Of a stretch of 64,000 nt of DNA, positions 1 to 13,897 are shown one piece after another. Under the pieces are notes generated by a model. The model worked only from the letters and a program-made list of their open reading frames with translations. It was not told the DNA's origin and made no database searches. This DNA comes from Octopus bimaculoides (taxonomy: Eukaryota): positions 2,300,746-2,364,745 of the forward strand of contig NC_068999.1 in NCBI RefSeq assembly GCF_001194135.2, given 5' to 3'. Made by a program: the position numbers and the translations under genes. Every line of letters starts with the position of its first letter. Position 1 is the stretch's first letter.

Positions 1-266
1 CTTGATAGGAACTGGCAAGACCAGGAGCTGCATCAGGTTCCACTGTCTGTCTTGGTTTGGTTTCTATGGCTCGATGCCCTTTCTAATGTCGACCACTTTA
101 CAGGGTGGTCAAGATGATTTTTACATTGCACCATCACCAATGCATTCTATGTGGCACCATCACCAGTGCTTTCACATGGTACCAGCACTGACATGGTCAC
201 CAAGTACCTGTATCAAGAATAAAAACAATTCTATCAATTTCTTTCTTTCAATTTTTTCCTTTGCAG

Positions 267-1451
267 GGTGGCTGTGTAGATTCTCTTAACCAAAGTATGG
301 CAGCATTATTTATGGTCCTTGGCTCTCAGGATGTGTCAAAACTTCAAATTGGACAACTCACTCCATACACGTAATGATGGAAATTTTTTTTTTTTTTCCT
401 TAACATCTATTATTCCGTTTTCTAATTGCTACAAAAACAATATCTCCACTCATAGACATTCTAAAATTTGTAATTACATTTTAGTCTAGACTTTGCTAAT
501 GAGGCCTAATAATACAGGAACATGTAATAAGTTATTACCATAGCTACCAAAAATCGAACCTGTTCTAGACTACATCTCTATTTAAATTTTTAATTTAAAT
601 TTCAGAGTTGTCTCTCTTGCCTTACTTAGCAACTATTGTCATTAACACTAAATATGTTTTCTCATCATTTACCCTGTTATATCAGTTGATACCAAAATTA
701 TCTTTGCTCCAACTACATTAAGCATGTTAATCCGTTTTGTGGGACATTCTTTAACTAGTCTCATATTCTCACAATACTGTCAGCTGTTTATAGACCCCCC
801 TTATTTATCCGTTGCATGCAACAGAAACAGATTTTGATGAAACTCTGCTTCTGTTGCATATATCATGATTGATGTCCCTGTTCTGCTTTTGTTTGAAGAC
901 AATATTTTTGCATTTTAATTCTACGGAAAGAAACTTTGGTTGAGTCATTTTGATAGTGTTAACATTTCATGCCTGCCTGTAATAGCCAATGTTAAGACAG
1001 GAGACACAAGTGTATTCACTGACATTCACATATGACAGGCTTCTTTCAGTTTCCATCTGTCTCTTCCACCTTGACCAGTCTGGGCTATGAGTGAAGACAT
1101 CCAAAGTGCTACTGCATGGCACCTTGGCTAAGTTAGTACTGAATACATGGTGCTCCAACATGGCCACAGTCTGTTGACTGAAACAAATAAAAGAGATGTA
1201 AACCATAGACATGCTTCCTCTTGTCTCTTCCATTTTTTATTCTAACCAAAAATATTCCAACATTTTTTATTTTTTCCTCAAGGATTGGCGTGATGAGGTT
1301 GATCAGAGATTTCTTCAAAGTCTTGTTTAAAGTGGAAGAAGTAAAAGAAGAGGACAGTTTTGATAACGAACAATTAAAGACAGGAGACAAAAGACTCCTA
1401 TTAACCTGTGTTGGGGTCACTTATACAAATGTTAGCAAACCTATTTTATAG
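267..1451 (+). CDS. RCL1: RNA 3'-terminal phosphate cyclase-like protein, last two coding exons (267-370, 1283-1451); rest of gene is upstream of the window
   Basis: ttgcag|GGT...TACAC|gtaatg encodes GGCVDSLNQSMAALFMVLGSQDVSKLQIGQLTPYT. A phase-2 intron joins to cctcaag|G ATT...TAG, encoding IGVMRLIRDFFKVLFKVEE...LKTGDKRLLLTCVGVTYTNVSKPIL*. Both match the RCL1 C-terminus (GGCVDS.NQS...DVSK...L.PYT; FF...FK.E...GDK..L.TCVG..F.N.SK). Confidence 0.93.
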
Positions 1452-2574
1452 AAAATATATTTTATAAATTAAACCATGAAAATGAAATATCCACAGTGTT
1501 TGTTTGGTTTTTATTTGAGGACAGCAAAATTAGATCAGGACACTTGGGTAGAAGACGCTTGGATGGAGAGGGCTTGAAGGGGGCAGGGTTGGTACAGAGC
1601 ACCTTGGGGATTTGTCATTGAGAGTGGCACAATCATTTGAGGGCATCAGATGGTTGTCACTTGAGGGTGGTGGGTTGGTTCAGTAGAGATTCTCTGAGTG
1701 GTTAGTACTTGAGGGTGACACAATCAGTAGAGAACATTTGGGTGGTTGGTACTCGATGGAGACTGAATTGGTTGAGGGCATCTGAGTAGCTTGTACTGGA
1801 GAATAGACGGCTCCTTTTGTGTCCCATCTGGCTGAAACTACTAGCGTAGCTAGAGTGTGTACCAACTGGGGCAGCCCTTCTGTTTTCCACTCCCAGACCC
1901 CACAAAAAACACATATTGCCTACAGCAGACCCAAAAGTGCTGCCTGGGGCAGACCCCACCACACATACACACAGCCGCACTTGTGCCTCTATAACAATAG
2001 AATCGATATTTCTTCAAAAATAAGAAATTTTAATTCAGATAATTTCCATTTATTTTCTTAAACGTTCCATCATCATCATCATCCTCACTGTTGTAACAGT
2101 CATCAGGAAATAATGATGGGGGCAGTTTTTCTTTATTATTTTACAAAATTTTATTGGTATGGGTGGATGTTTCTGAATTTAAATAAAAATCTTGGAAATT
2201 TAAAGGTTTCAGGACACCCTTCCCCTTCCAACTCAAAAGCCCTGTAAAGAAAGCATCGGTAATTGCCCTTCCCCTCCCCAGCTGAGCAATGATAACTTGA
2301 TGCTCATCAAGAGGTGCAACCACATTGAACTAACAGGAGAATCAGTATTTGGTGTCAGGAATCTGCTTAAAATAAACCCTACTTACCTGAGCAACAAAAG
2401 TGGAGAAATTTCGTTAGTCTGAAGCATCCAATTCTGTCTTCACCCCTGGTTCCAGGATCTAAATGAAAACCTTCCATCAAAATTTCCTCTGAATTTATCT
2501 TATTCATTGTTCGATACTGTGAAATATTGGACAACATTTAATAATACTGTATGATATTGTAAAATAATGTTTGA

Positions 2575-2942
2575 TGTGTGGTAAGTAGCTTGCTTACCGA
2601 CCAAATGGTTCCAGGTTCATTCCCACTGCATGGCACTTTGGGCAAGTGTCTTCAACTATAGCCTTGGGCCGACCAAAGCCTTGTGAGTGGATTTGGTAGA
2701 CGGAAACTGAAAGAAGCCCGTCGTATATATGTATATGTTTATGTGTCTGCCTTTGTCCCCACCAGCATCGCTTGACAACCGATGGTGGTGTGTTTACGTC
2801 CCCGTAACTTAGCGGTTCGGCAAAAGAGACTGATAGAATAAGTACTAGGCTTACAAAGAATAAGTCCTGGGGTCAATTTGCTCGACTAAAAGGCGGTGTT
2901 CCAGCATGGCCGCAGTCAAATGACTGAAACAAGTAAAAGAGT
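2575..2942 (+). mobile_element. tRNA-derived SINE, family A (octopus-type), near full length
   Basis: Head tgtggtaagtagcttgctt...ggttcattcccactg, body ccttgggcaagtgtcttc...ggaaactgaaagaagcccgtcg, tail ccagcatggccgcagtcaaatgactgaaac. Recurs more than 10 times in the window. Confidence 0.85.
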
Positions 2943-3114
2943 ATTATGTATACATATCCATATATAGGGGGAAATAAACATGAGAGATGCAGGAGCTGCT
3001 CAGGGGTTTTGCAAGCTCTTCCAGATCCATTGCAATGCTGGAGACCCTTCTGTATTGGCTGTGTGGCAAGAAGCTTGCTTCCCAACCACATGGCTCCAGG
3101 TTCAGTCCCACTGC

Positions 3115-3420
3115 GTGGCAGCTTGGTCTCTGTAGCAACCATGATGTCAATTTTATGTGACCTGAGACCGTCGAGGAAACAAGCTTGCTTCCACTTTGAA
3201 TTCAGGCCACGTACATTTAAACGACCTATGCGTAGCGTAACCATGAAAAGAAACGGCAAAAGAAGGAATTCCACCTACCTTTTTAATCTAAGGCAATTAT
3301 CCTCAGTACTCGTGCAGGTGGGATTCCCTCACCTCTTCCAAAGGCGGTTCTTCCGGTGGATCGAACACTTTTGGTAGGTCCTTTAGTTCAATGATTTTTT
3401 TAGAGTATCTTTTTTTGAAG
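3115..3420 (-). mobile_element. LINE (L1/Tx1-like) ORF1-ORF2 junction fragment, APE endonuclease N-terminus, truncated by a SINE
   Basis: MVTLRIGRLNVRGLNSKWKQACFLDGLRSHKIDIMVATETKL matches the APE start motif (I...NVRGL...DI...ETK). It ends abruptly at a family-A SINE fragment (~2985-3118). Confidence 0.7.
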
Positions 3421-4619
3421 TCTCTGTACAGTTCTTATGGGATGTTTGCTATTATTTGATCCGCACATGCCTGAAACGCCAGATTATAACTTTCGACAAA
3501 GCAACGAACTATAAATCTGAGTTAATCTTCGCTAAAGATGGAACCCCCAAACCAGACTGCCTTAAATTATCCAATAAGCGTCGTCGCGGCACACATCGTA
3601 CCATGGTAGGGTCCTACCTCTGTGAGTTTATATGCCTTCGCAGACATCGAAATTGCAATTTATTCCAAAAAATGTTGCAATGTATCGCGACATGTAAAAG
3701 ACAATATGTTGACTTCTTTCATTAAATATTTTTGTCCTTAAAAGGTTTGTAATGTGTTTTGTTATGAATTTTTAAGGGAAAAAAAGAAAACAAGAAAAAA
3801 AACGATGGGCTCAAACACAGAAATATACAGATATATACCTATATCTTATATGCATTCCTACAGATGATCCATGCTTGTTGCAAACAAATACCATTTCAAT
3901 CAGGCGACCGCGTTTAGAAAAATAAAAGCGACCGGCGAAGTTATGATGTAAGCACGTGCTAAAACCCCTCATAATTTTCTATTTTTACAAAATCTTTTCG
4001 ATTCTGCATAATGGAATTAATACGGGATCTTTTCCCTTTGAACAGCACATCGAGAAATTAACTTTTTGTAACTAAACACTTTCAAACTTTGGACACTGGT
4101 TCAACAATTCTCACAAAAATTTTCAACCCTTCCCCCAAAGGAGAAAGACAACAAAAGGTCGAGGGAGATTACTCTCGTTAAATCCCTTTTTCGNNNNNNN
4201 NNNNNNNNNNNNNNNNNNNNNNNNNNNNNNNNNNNNNNNNNNNNNNNNNNNNNNNNNNNNNNNNNNNNNNNNNNNNNNNNNNNNNNNNNNNNNNNNNNNN
4301 NNNNNNNNNNNNNNNNNNNNNNNNNNNNNNNNNNNNNNNNCTCGAAACTAAGTTCATCATCATACGAAAAGTGCTTCTCCTTAAAAAGAAACAAAAAACT
4401 TTATAGTTGGAAGTTAGATGGTGCGAGGTCGGGAGAGGAGGGTTTCAAAGCCGCAGGAGTGTGCTTTCATTTGGGCAACGTGCATTGTGAACTGGGGCAT
4501 TGTCTTAGAGAAATCGGACGCCTTTGGTCAGCATGCCACGCTTCTCTGCTTTGATAGTGTCCCGCAACTTCTGCAGCAGAGAAGTATAATATGCCCCATT
4601 AATTGTGGTGCCCTTTGCC

Positions 4620-5280
4620 AGAAAAATCCATCATCACTAAAAAAAAACTGTGAGCATCACCTTGCCTGCTGAGGGTTGGACAAGAGCCTGATTAGGGGGT
4701 GGTGAGTTATGCTTCCATTGCTTCGACTGGACTTTAGTCTCAGGACCATAGTGATGGGCTCCTGTTTCATCCTGTGTGATAAACCTGTCGAAAAGTCTTC
4801 CTCGTTTTCTTGGCACATTGCCAAAAGAGCCTGGGGGCAATTGACTCCTTCCTGCTTCCGAAAAGGTGTGAGCATCCGGAAAATCTATGGTACAGACAAC
4901 TTCCGCAAGTGCAAATGGTCGTGAATGATTTTTTTTCCACAGACCCTACACTTATCTTCACTTCTAGGGCTACTTGCCGAATAATTATGCGGCGATCCTT
5001 CAAAATGGCGGCTTCTACTTTATGGACGGTGGTCATCAATGGCGGAATGCCGTCGTCCAGGAATAGGAGTGGTTTCCACCGATGTCCGACCACATTTGAA
5101 CTGGCGATGCCAGTGCTTCCCTACGTCGTATGACGGTGCATCGTCACCATAAAGTTCTTTCGGGTCATCAAAACTCACTTTTGATGTACAACCTTTCAAA
5201 GATAAGAACCTGATCACTGATTTGCATTCAACTACCTCCATTAAAACACCTGAGTCCACTTCAGCAACCGTAAAAGACAA
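4620..5280 (-). mobile_element. Degenerate mariner transposase remnant
   Basis: Frameshifted pieces: SVIRFLSLKG...YGDDAPSY...WHRQFKCGRTS; DRFITQDETGAHHYGPETKVQSKQWKH; PSAGKVMLTVFF. Confidence 0.85.
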
Positions 5281-5494
5281 ATGAACTCTAGTGAAAAGCT
5301 GCAATTTATAATACACCATGTATAGTAAGACCTGAAGTTCGGTTTCCTGTAATAACCGGAAGTGTTTCAGAGAAGTTTTTAATGCGCATCCCGCATGCAT
5401 GCAGCCTTCGGGTTGTTCACGATCTTTCAAAGTGAATTAGTTAAATTTTTTTCAGAAAATTATTTCCTTTGTAAATTCCTGCACAATTTGTAAT

Positions 5495-5535
<41 letters not shown>

Positions 5536-6301
5536 NNNNNNNNNNNNNNNNNNNNNNNNNNNNNNNNNNNNNNNNNNNNNNNNNNNNNNNNNNNNNNNNN
5601 NNNNNNNNNNNNNNNNNNNNNNNNNNNNNNNNNNNNNNNNNNNNNNNNNNNNNNNNNNNNNNNNNNNNNNNNNNNNNNNNNNNNNNNNNNNNNNNNNNNN
5701 NNNNNNNNNNNNNNNNNNNNNNNNNNNNNNNNNNNNNNNNNNNNNNNNNNNNNNNNNNNNNNNNNNNNNNNNNNNNNNNNNNNNNNNNNNNNNNNNNNNN
5801 NNNNNNNNNNNNNNNNNNNNNNNNNNNNNNNNNNNNNNNNNNNNNNNNNNNNNNNNNNNNNNNNNNNNNNNNNNNNNNNNNNNNNNNNNNNNNNNNNNNN
5901 NNNNNNNNNNNNNNNNNNNNNNNNNNNNNNNNNNNNNNNNNNNNNNNNNNNNNNNNNNNNNNNNNNNNNNNNNNNNNNNNNNNNNNNNNNNNNNNNNNNN
6001 NNNNNNNNNNNNNNNNNNNNNNNNNNNNNNNNNNNNNNNNNNNNNNNNNNNNNNNNNNNNNNNNNNNNNNNNNNNNNNNNNNNNNNNNNNNNNNNNNNNN
6101 NNNNNNNNNNNNNNNNNNNNNNNNNNNNNNNNNNNNNNNNNNNNNNNNNNNNNNNNNNNNNNNNNNNNNNNNNNNNNNNNNNNNNNNNNNNNNNNNNNNN
6201 NNNNNNNNNNNNNNNNNNNNNNNNNNNNNNNNNNNNNNNNNNNNNNNNNNNNNNNNNNNNNCGTCGGAGATAGGAGAAAACAAACGTATAACTTTATTAT
6301 T

Positions 6302-6335
<34 letters not shown>

Positions 6336-6372
6336 CTTCGACTTCTGCTCTTGTTTTCATGTTCAAAACAGG

Positions 6373-7234
6373 ATGCCTGTGTCAGTTGCTGCCAAAAATA
6401 TTTGTCCAGTTATAGGCGAGGGTCCTCACTGGGAGGAAAATTCCAAATCCCTTCTATTCGTTGATATAACAACTGCAGGTTACTACAGATGGAATTCCCT
6501 GGATGGAACATGTGAGGAAATCCACGCAGGTATGTAACTCAGATCTTTTGGTTTGTTTCATTCAATATTTCTCTGTACCTCATTTCCTCTCATTCACTTC
6601 TTTCCAGATGGTACCTCTTTTTTTGCCCTTATTTACTTATCATAGGGTACTTCTTGTTCTCTTTATGTCTGTGCATCAACAGCAAAGTACAAATGTGTTG
6701 AGCAAAGACTTGGGCAGAATTGAAGTGTGCAAGAGAGAAGGCTGCACTGTTATGGACACGTGATGTGTATGAAGAAGTTCTGATTGCTTAATGTGGATGG
6801 AGTTTGGAGTTTGCAGAAGCGGGAGACCCAAGAAGACATGAGATGAAGTGGTGAAACCTAATATCAGGACTTTGGATCTTACATAGATGACAAAAGATTT
6901 GGATGACTGGCAATATGCAGTTCTGATGAAGGCCTGTGAAAATGAGGTTCTGGAAGTGCAGTGTAGAGAGAAAGAGAGAGAAAGAAATTCAAAGAATTGC
7001 TTTGATCCAGTGATAGAATGCCTGTCATGTCTATAGGTAATGAGGGTTTGAGTCCTAGATGCACCTTCCATTTTTTTCTGTCTAGAAGAGTTTTTCAACT
7101 CAATATTTACATGCCTTTACACATGCATAAAAACTTTATGAGTGTGCTTTGAGATATTCCAAAAAAGTATTTCACATTCTTTTGAAAATTTACAAAAATT
7201 CCCATTACATCAGCAATATATATTTATACTGACA

Positions 7235-7270
<36 letters not shown>

Positions 7271-9626
7271 CTCTTATGAAGTCTTTATATTTTCTATTCT
7301 CCAGACAGTGGTTTAGCTGGTTTCATTATCCCCCGCCAGAATGGAGGTTACCTTGTATCAAATGATGCCAGAATATTACATTTGGATTTTGCCAGTCGCA
7401 AATTGGAACCCTTCCTAACTATCCAACCTGATGAATTAGATCTCCATCTTAACGATGCTAAGTGTGACAGCAAAGGAAGATTGTGGGCAGGTAAGATGAT
7501 GTCATTGAGTTGCTCTCTCAATTGTTGGTAGCAACATACACCTACATAGATCATCATCATCCTTTACCATACATTTTCCATGCTGGCATGGGTTGGTTGT
7601 TCTTACATACGGATAAACGGATAAAGAGATTGACTTACACATAGACATACATTCACACACACACCTGTATCTATTTAACTGTCTATCTATCCATCTCTCT
7701 CTCTCTCTCTCTTTCATATATATATTCTTTTATTTGTTTCAGTCATTTGACTGCGGCCATGCTGGAGCACCGCATTTAGTTGAGCAAATCAACCCCAGGA
7801 CTTATTCTTTGTAAGCCTAGTACTTATTCTATCAGTCACTTTTGCTGAACCACTAAGTTACAGGGATATAAACACATCAGCATTGGTTCTCAAACACAGA
7901 CACACAATCATGTACATACATACATATATATATATATATAGGTTCAGGTGAATATGGTTCTTAAGTTTAAGCACCAGAATTAAGTATGGTATTATCCATA
8001 CAGTTTCAAAATAAGGTGATTAAAATCGAAATACGCAACAAGGATATCNNNNNNNNNNGGTGATTAAAATCGAAATACGCAACAAGGATATCCATATATA
8101 TATATATATATATACGACGGGTTTACTGAATGGCACGAGAAACATTCTAGTGACGTTGAATATCTTACCTGGCTACCACAGTCCCCAGATCTCAATATTA
8201 TTGAACATTTATGGTGCATTTTAGAAAAACAAGTAAGGAATCAATATCCTCCTCCATCATCACTACAAGAACTGGAGACTGTTTTAGCTGAAGAATGAAC
8301 AAAAATTCCTTTGGAAACGATTTAAACTTTGTACGAGTCCATACCTCATAGAATTCAAGCTGTAATTACTGCCAGAGGCAGTCCTACCCCATATCAAAAT
8401 AAATTTGTTTGAAATTTTAAGGTGTTTCCATTATTTTGTCCAACCCCTGTATATATGTATTATTCCTGTATCTATTATCAGGGACCATGGGACGTTTTAA
8501 CACTGTCTCTGACTTCGTAAAAGAAGCTGGATGTTTGTATCGAATTGACAAAGACCTAAAACCATTTGTCGTCAAGGAAAAAACCAATGTTTCCAATGGC
8601 ATAACTTGGACAACAGATGAGAAAACCATGTTTTACACACATTCCATTCCCAGAAAAATATTTTCCTACTATTATGACATCCATTCTGGAGAGGCATGTA
8701 AGTTCCATTTTTGTCTCTAAACTTTAGACACTTCTCACTTGCAATTTTTTGTACTGACATTGGAATGATAAACGGTAAATCAACTTTTTCTTTCTTTTAA
8801 CAGCAAGAGAACAAGTTGTTGTGGACTTCACTGATAAAGAATGGTCAGAGTATGGCATACCAGATGGAATGACCATGGACGTAATGGATAAGCTTTGGGT
8901 AGCAGCATTCAAAAGTAGCCGAGTGTTCCAAATTGATCCCGAAACAGGTCTGTTTTTGGCTGTTTGTATCAATATATACACGCATACATAGGAATGTGTG
9001 TGTGTGTGTGTGAAGTCACTTTTAATACTACTGTGTTTACGAGGGGGAGACAAGCACCTCCACTCAGCGAAGCCTGCATCCAGGGACATGTTTCTGAGTT
9101 TTTGCTCGTCATCAGCTTGGAGTAGCAGTCTCTCTGAGAGATTTAGAAATGTATCATTTCTAATTTTGAAATCAGTGAATGTGTTTCACTAGAATTATTA
9201 TATGTTTACGAGAGCTTGACAGGCATCTTCAGCCAGCAAGTCATGTATCATTTTCAGGAGTTTACAGACAAATCTAAACCCATAGATATAGTGATGGACA
9301 AAATAAAGAAATGGGTGTATGTGTTGTGTTGTGTTGTGTTGTATTGCTTTGCATTGTGTTGTGCTGCATTTCATTGCAAAGTGAAGTGAATACAAATATG
9401 TTTCTGAACTCTTTCAGGAAAAATTCTACAGACTATCAAGTTCCCAGTGTCTGAAATTACTTCCTGCTGCTTTGGTGGACCAAATTATGATGAACTGTAT
9501 GTCACATCAAGTCACCTTGGATTAACTGATGAGGAGTTTAAAAATAACGAACCACTGGCTGGAAGTCTCTTCAAGGTCACAGAAACAGGCGCTAAAGGAA
9601 GGGCAGCATTTTCGTTCCAAGGCTAG
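6373..9626 (+). CDS. RGN: Regucalcin/SMP-30/gluconolactonase-like paralog 1 (303 aa); exons 6373-6529, 7305-7490, 8482-8697, 8804-8947, 9418-9626
   Basis: GT-AG introns, all phase 1; exons sum to 912 nt with no internal stop. Motifs: [59 protein letters not shown]. Most divergent copy. Confidence 0.93.
6750..6945 (+). mobile_element. RTE-type LINE 3' end fragment in paralog 1 intron 1
   Basis: Degenerate GRPKKT.DEVVK...LDLT..MTKD.DDWQYAV, the same motif as at 10.8 kb and 38.4 kb. Confidence 0.6.
8130..8450 (+). mobile_element. Tc1-type transposase C-terminal remnant with right end, in paralog 1 intron 2
   Basis: [23 protein letters not shown]...[11 protein letters not shown] (the WP.QSPDLNPIE motif); ends ...ttttgtccaacccctg|TA. 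Confidence 0.8.
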
Positions 9627-10329
9627 CAAAACTGATTCTTTTTGCAGAATGTTCTAGATTCATGGAATCAAACAACCAGCTAAATGAATGAATAAATAAA
9701 TAGCGAATGAGTATTGTTGGAGTATCATGGAATCATTTTTATCCAAAATACTTTTGTATCATTCTATCAAGCATTAAAACATATTCACATTCTATATTCA
9801 CTTTTATTGCCTTTTTATTTTATCCAAATAATTTACATTTTTTGTTGTATTAACGATTATCCATTACTATAAACTTCTCTTGTTTCCTGGTTATGTGTCT
9901 GGTATAAATTGTTTCCTATTGAATCAAAACTTGTGGTTTCATATGTGGAACATCTTATAAAAAAGGATTCTTTCGTTTTCGTGCTCTTCTTCTCCACTCT
10001 TACATTATATTGAAAGCTTTCTGAATTATTATTACTGCCCTTTTATTTCTGATGAGGCCATAAAATAGTTTTTAAAAAAAAGTGTGATTGCGGAGAAATT
10101 ACGCTGCTATTTCTAGCAGATTGGCTGACTGTCTAGACATTCCACCTTTTATCTCTTGTGATAGTGTTCATAATTACTTTTCTTGTCTCTGTTTATTTTT
10201 CTGTCCCCGCTCCCTGCTCTCTTTGTTTCTTCTTGCTGCTAAATCTGTAAATCTGTACATTTTACTAACACCCAACACACACACAAAATATATTTGCAAA
10301 CCATTGTTGTCTTGTTAACTCACAAATAA

Positions 10330-11060
10330 AGTATATATCATCATCATTTAATGTCCACTTTCCATGCTGGCATGGGTTGGAAGGTTTGACTGAAACTGTT
10401 AAACCGGAGGAGCTTCACCAGGTTCCAGTCTGATTTGACGTGGTCTCGATGGCTGGATGCCCGTCCTAATGCCAACCGCTCTGAGAGTGTAATGGGTGCA
10501 ATTTACATAACACTGGTAACAGCCACAACTACGGTTTCCCAAGTGCCATTCACATGGCGCTGGCAATGGTCATGTCTATTGTTTCACTTGGCTTGACAGG
10601 TTTTCTCAAGCATAGCATATCTCCAAGGGTCTCAGTCACTTGTCATTGCCTCTGTGAGGCTCAACATTGAAAGATCATGCTTCACCACCTCGTCCCTCAC
10701 CTCCTTGACACCCAACAGTCAAAGATCATGCTACCAGCTGTGACTAATATTATTACAATTTCACCGGTGCCATTTACATCAGCAACAGTAAAGACTACAA
10801 CTTCACGAGTCTTCTCAAGCAGAACGTATTGCCAAAGGTCTCGGTCACTAGTCATCTCTTCTGTGAGGCCCAACATTCGAAGATCGTGCTTCACCACCTC
10901 ATCTCATGTCTTTCTTAGTCTACTTCTTCCACAGGTTCCCTCCACAGTTAGAGATTGGCACTTTGCACAGTCATTCTCATCCATATGCATCACATGACCA
11001 CACTGGCACTCTCTTTTGTACACCATATCTGATGCCTCTTATGCCCAGTTTTCTCTCAAG
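10330..11060 (-). mobile_element. Two tandem RTE-type LINE 3' ends with shared tail
   Basis: DEVVKHDLRMLGLTEEMTSDRDLWQYVLLEKTR (10697-10897), a second copy at ~10600-10700, and the tail ccaacccatgccagcatggaaagtggacattaaatgatgatga. Confidence 0.7.
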
Positions 11061-12059
11061 ACACTCTGTTGCTCTTGCAGGGATTTTTGATTTGTCCTCT
11101 TCCCTACTTACTGAGACTTAAAAACAAAATATTAATTTTTTTAGAGAAAGAATTTATCTAATATAAAAAAAAAACANNNNNNNNNNNNNNNNNNNNNNNN
11201 NNNNNNNNNNNNNNNNNNNNNNNNNNNNNNNNNNNNNNNNNNNNNNNNNNNNNNNNNNNNNNNNNNNNNNNNNNNNNNNNNNNNNNNNNNNNNNNNNNNN
11301 NNNNNNNNNNNNNNNNNNNNNNNNNNNNNNNNNNNNNNNNNNNNNNNNNNNNNNNNNNNNNNNNNNNNNNNNNNNNNNNNNNNNNNNNNNNNNNNNNNNN
11401 NNNNNNNNNNNNNNNNNNNNNNNNNNNNNNNNNNNNNNNNNNNNNNNNNNNNNNNNNNNNNNNNNNNNNNNNNNNNNNNNNNNNNNNNNNNNNNNNNNNN
11501 NNNNNNNNNNNNNNNNNNNNNNNNNNNNNNNNNNNNNNNNNNNNNNNNNNNNNNNNNNNNNNNNNNNNNNNNNNNNNNNNNNNNNNNNNNNNNNNNNNNN
11601 NNNNNNNNNNNTTTTCGGTTTTGGATTTGGATTTTAATGTCGTTTTCTATTCATGTGTACCGTATACACGCGTTCTATACATGTGTAATTATCATCACTG
11701 TTGGTAATAAAAATCAATCAACTATAAAAATGAAAAGAAAAAAGTGCATCTAATTTGCGATCAAATACGACACTGATTTCTGTTCCGTGTTTTTTTTCTT
11801 TTTCTCTCAATCTCTGTTTACTATTTCTCGCCCTGCCCCAACTCCATCAAGATCAACTTATGCTTTTTCACATCTTGATAAGATAAAGAACCAGACAAAT
11901 ACAATACTTGACAGGCACTTCATTTATTTTATCAATGCTATTTACTAACCCTTCTCTCTCAAATGTTACGACCGAATAATTAAAATAGAAACATTTATCT
12001 CTTACTCTCTCTCTCTCCCTCTCTTTGTCTTCATCTAATATATATACATACGTGTAATA

Positions 12060-12110
12060 AAGACAAACTGCACATTACACTACTACGACAAAAAACGGTA
12101 TGTTGCTCTC
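12060..12110 (+). promoter_or_regulatory. Candidate 5' splice donor of the non-coding leader exon of paralog 2 (GT at 12098)
   Basis: aaaaacg|gtatgttgctctctttttcc resembles aaaaaag|gtaagttgttctctctttttc (GT at 20295) and minus-strand gaaaaag|gtatgttcttctcttcc (GT at 43194), with similar downstream intron blocks. Confidence 0.5.
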
Positions 12111-12749
12111 TTTTTCCTTCTTTCATGGGAGTTTTTGTCTACACCGTTTCAACTTGCTAAACATAGCAACCGAATCTCCTACAGATTTTCGGAAAAAGAG
12201 GGATTTCGGACCATTCTCTCCACCTGAATTTATTATCACTAATTTCCGTAACTTTTGCATATTTCACTTTTCCTATTTTCATTTTTATATGGGAAACCAA
12301 CATAAACGTAATTCTGCAAAATGTCAGGTAAAAATATGCATTTTTCAAAAAGTTATAAAGAAACAAATTGGGTGGGGGGGTGGAGCATCAACTTGTAATT
12401 CCGTGTAAAGTAAGCATCGATATATCAAGTAGAGATCAAGTGGAGAAAGACGTCTCTGATAAGATTACAACTTATTACAGCTTGCAATGGGAGCATCGTA
12501 GATTAGTTTGATTTTCATTTATATATTCCTTTTTTTTTTTCTTTTAATTTGCCTCATCTGAGAGTCTTTTTTGTGGTGTTTTGTCTTGTTTCAATTAGCA
12601 ACTTTCAAATTGTAAGCCTCGATATATCAAGAACTATAAAAGAACGAGGTATGATTAAATTCGTCCATACCACTTGCAACATAAAAACTACATTACGTGT
12701 CATAAAGTGATTCGTTTTTTTTATGTAAAACAATTTTACTTTTTATGTA

Positions 12750-13510
12750 CAGTGTACCCTCCGCTTATTCGCGGTTCGGCATTCGCGAAAACCACCGCAT
12801 ATTCACGGAATCGTGAATATCCTCTGCGAATTTTTTATGGCATTTTCGTGGCAATATATAGTTTTTCAAACTTTATAAGGTTAAACTAATAATACACCCT
12901 TGACAACTGAAGGTCGCTCTGATTTGAATAGGCGCGCATCATGTCGCTTGAATTTGTTTTAGATACAAGTAAACTTTTATCTTGTACCTCTTAAGATGTT
13001 TTTGTAGGGGTTTTTTTTTCTTTTTTTGGAAAACCTGCATGCAGTAGCTATCTCCGGCATTTTGTTGCGTGCTGTGTTTTTTGTAGCATGTTATTAAAGC
13101 CCTAAGATACCGCCCAAACGCCCTACACCTTCTAAAGCGTCTGGCAGTGAACCCAAGCGCCAGAAAAAGGTTATGACGCTCCATGAAAAGGCACAACTGC
13201 TGGATATGTTCCTGGAAAGTAAAAGTTATGCTGCAGTAGGTCGCCATTATGTTGTCAACGAAAGCACCAAACGCTACATGAAGAAGAACGAGGTGACGAT
13301 CAGGACTACCGTAGCGAAAAGTTTCTGGGAAAGTGCCAAAAAAGATAACGATAGTGAGAAATAAGCACTTCGTAATCATGGAATCTGCCTTGGCATTGTG
13401 GATCAGTGACTGCAAGAAAAAGCATCCCCTTGAGGGGTAACATCATCCGTGAGAAAGCACAGAGTTTATGCCGACAGTTCGACAGAGGCTTAAGAGCAGA
13501 AGGCACTGAA
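12750..13510 (+). mobile_element. Tigger/pogo-like DNA transposon remnant (left TIR plus CENP-B-type HTH)
   Basis: TA|CAGTGTACCCTCCGCTTATTCGCGG terminus; RKKVMTLHEKAQLLDM...SYAAVGRHYVVNEST; second frame MESALALWISDCKKKSIPLRGNIIREKAQSL. Confidence 0.8.
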
Positions 13511-13647
13511 GAACCGTCGCCAGAACCAGAACCAAAACCATTGACAAAACCGTAACAAGTCCTGGGGTTGATTTCTTCTACTAAAACCTTTAAGGTGGTA
13601 CTCCAGCATGGCCACAGTCAAATAACTGAAACTAGTAATGGAATAAA

Positions 13648-13710
<63 letters not shown>

Positions 13711-13897
13711 TACATACATATCTATATGTATGTATCTATCTGTATAAACATGCATACACACACTATTTCTCTCTTGTATATATATATGTGTCTGTCTGTT
13801 TGTGTGCATGTGTACACACACACAAATGCACATACATATGCTATATATAAATGTTTCTTTGCTTTTTATTAAATGTAATTTTGTTTTCAGAAACAAG

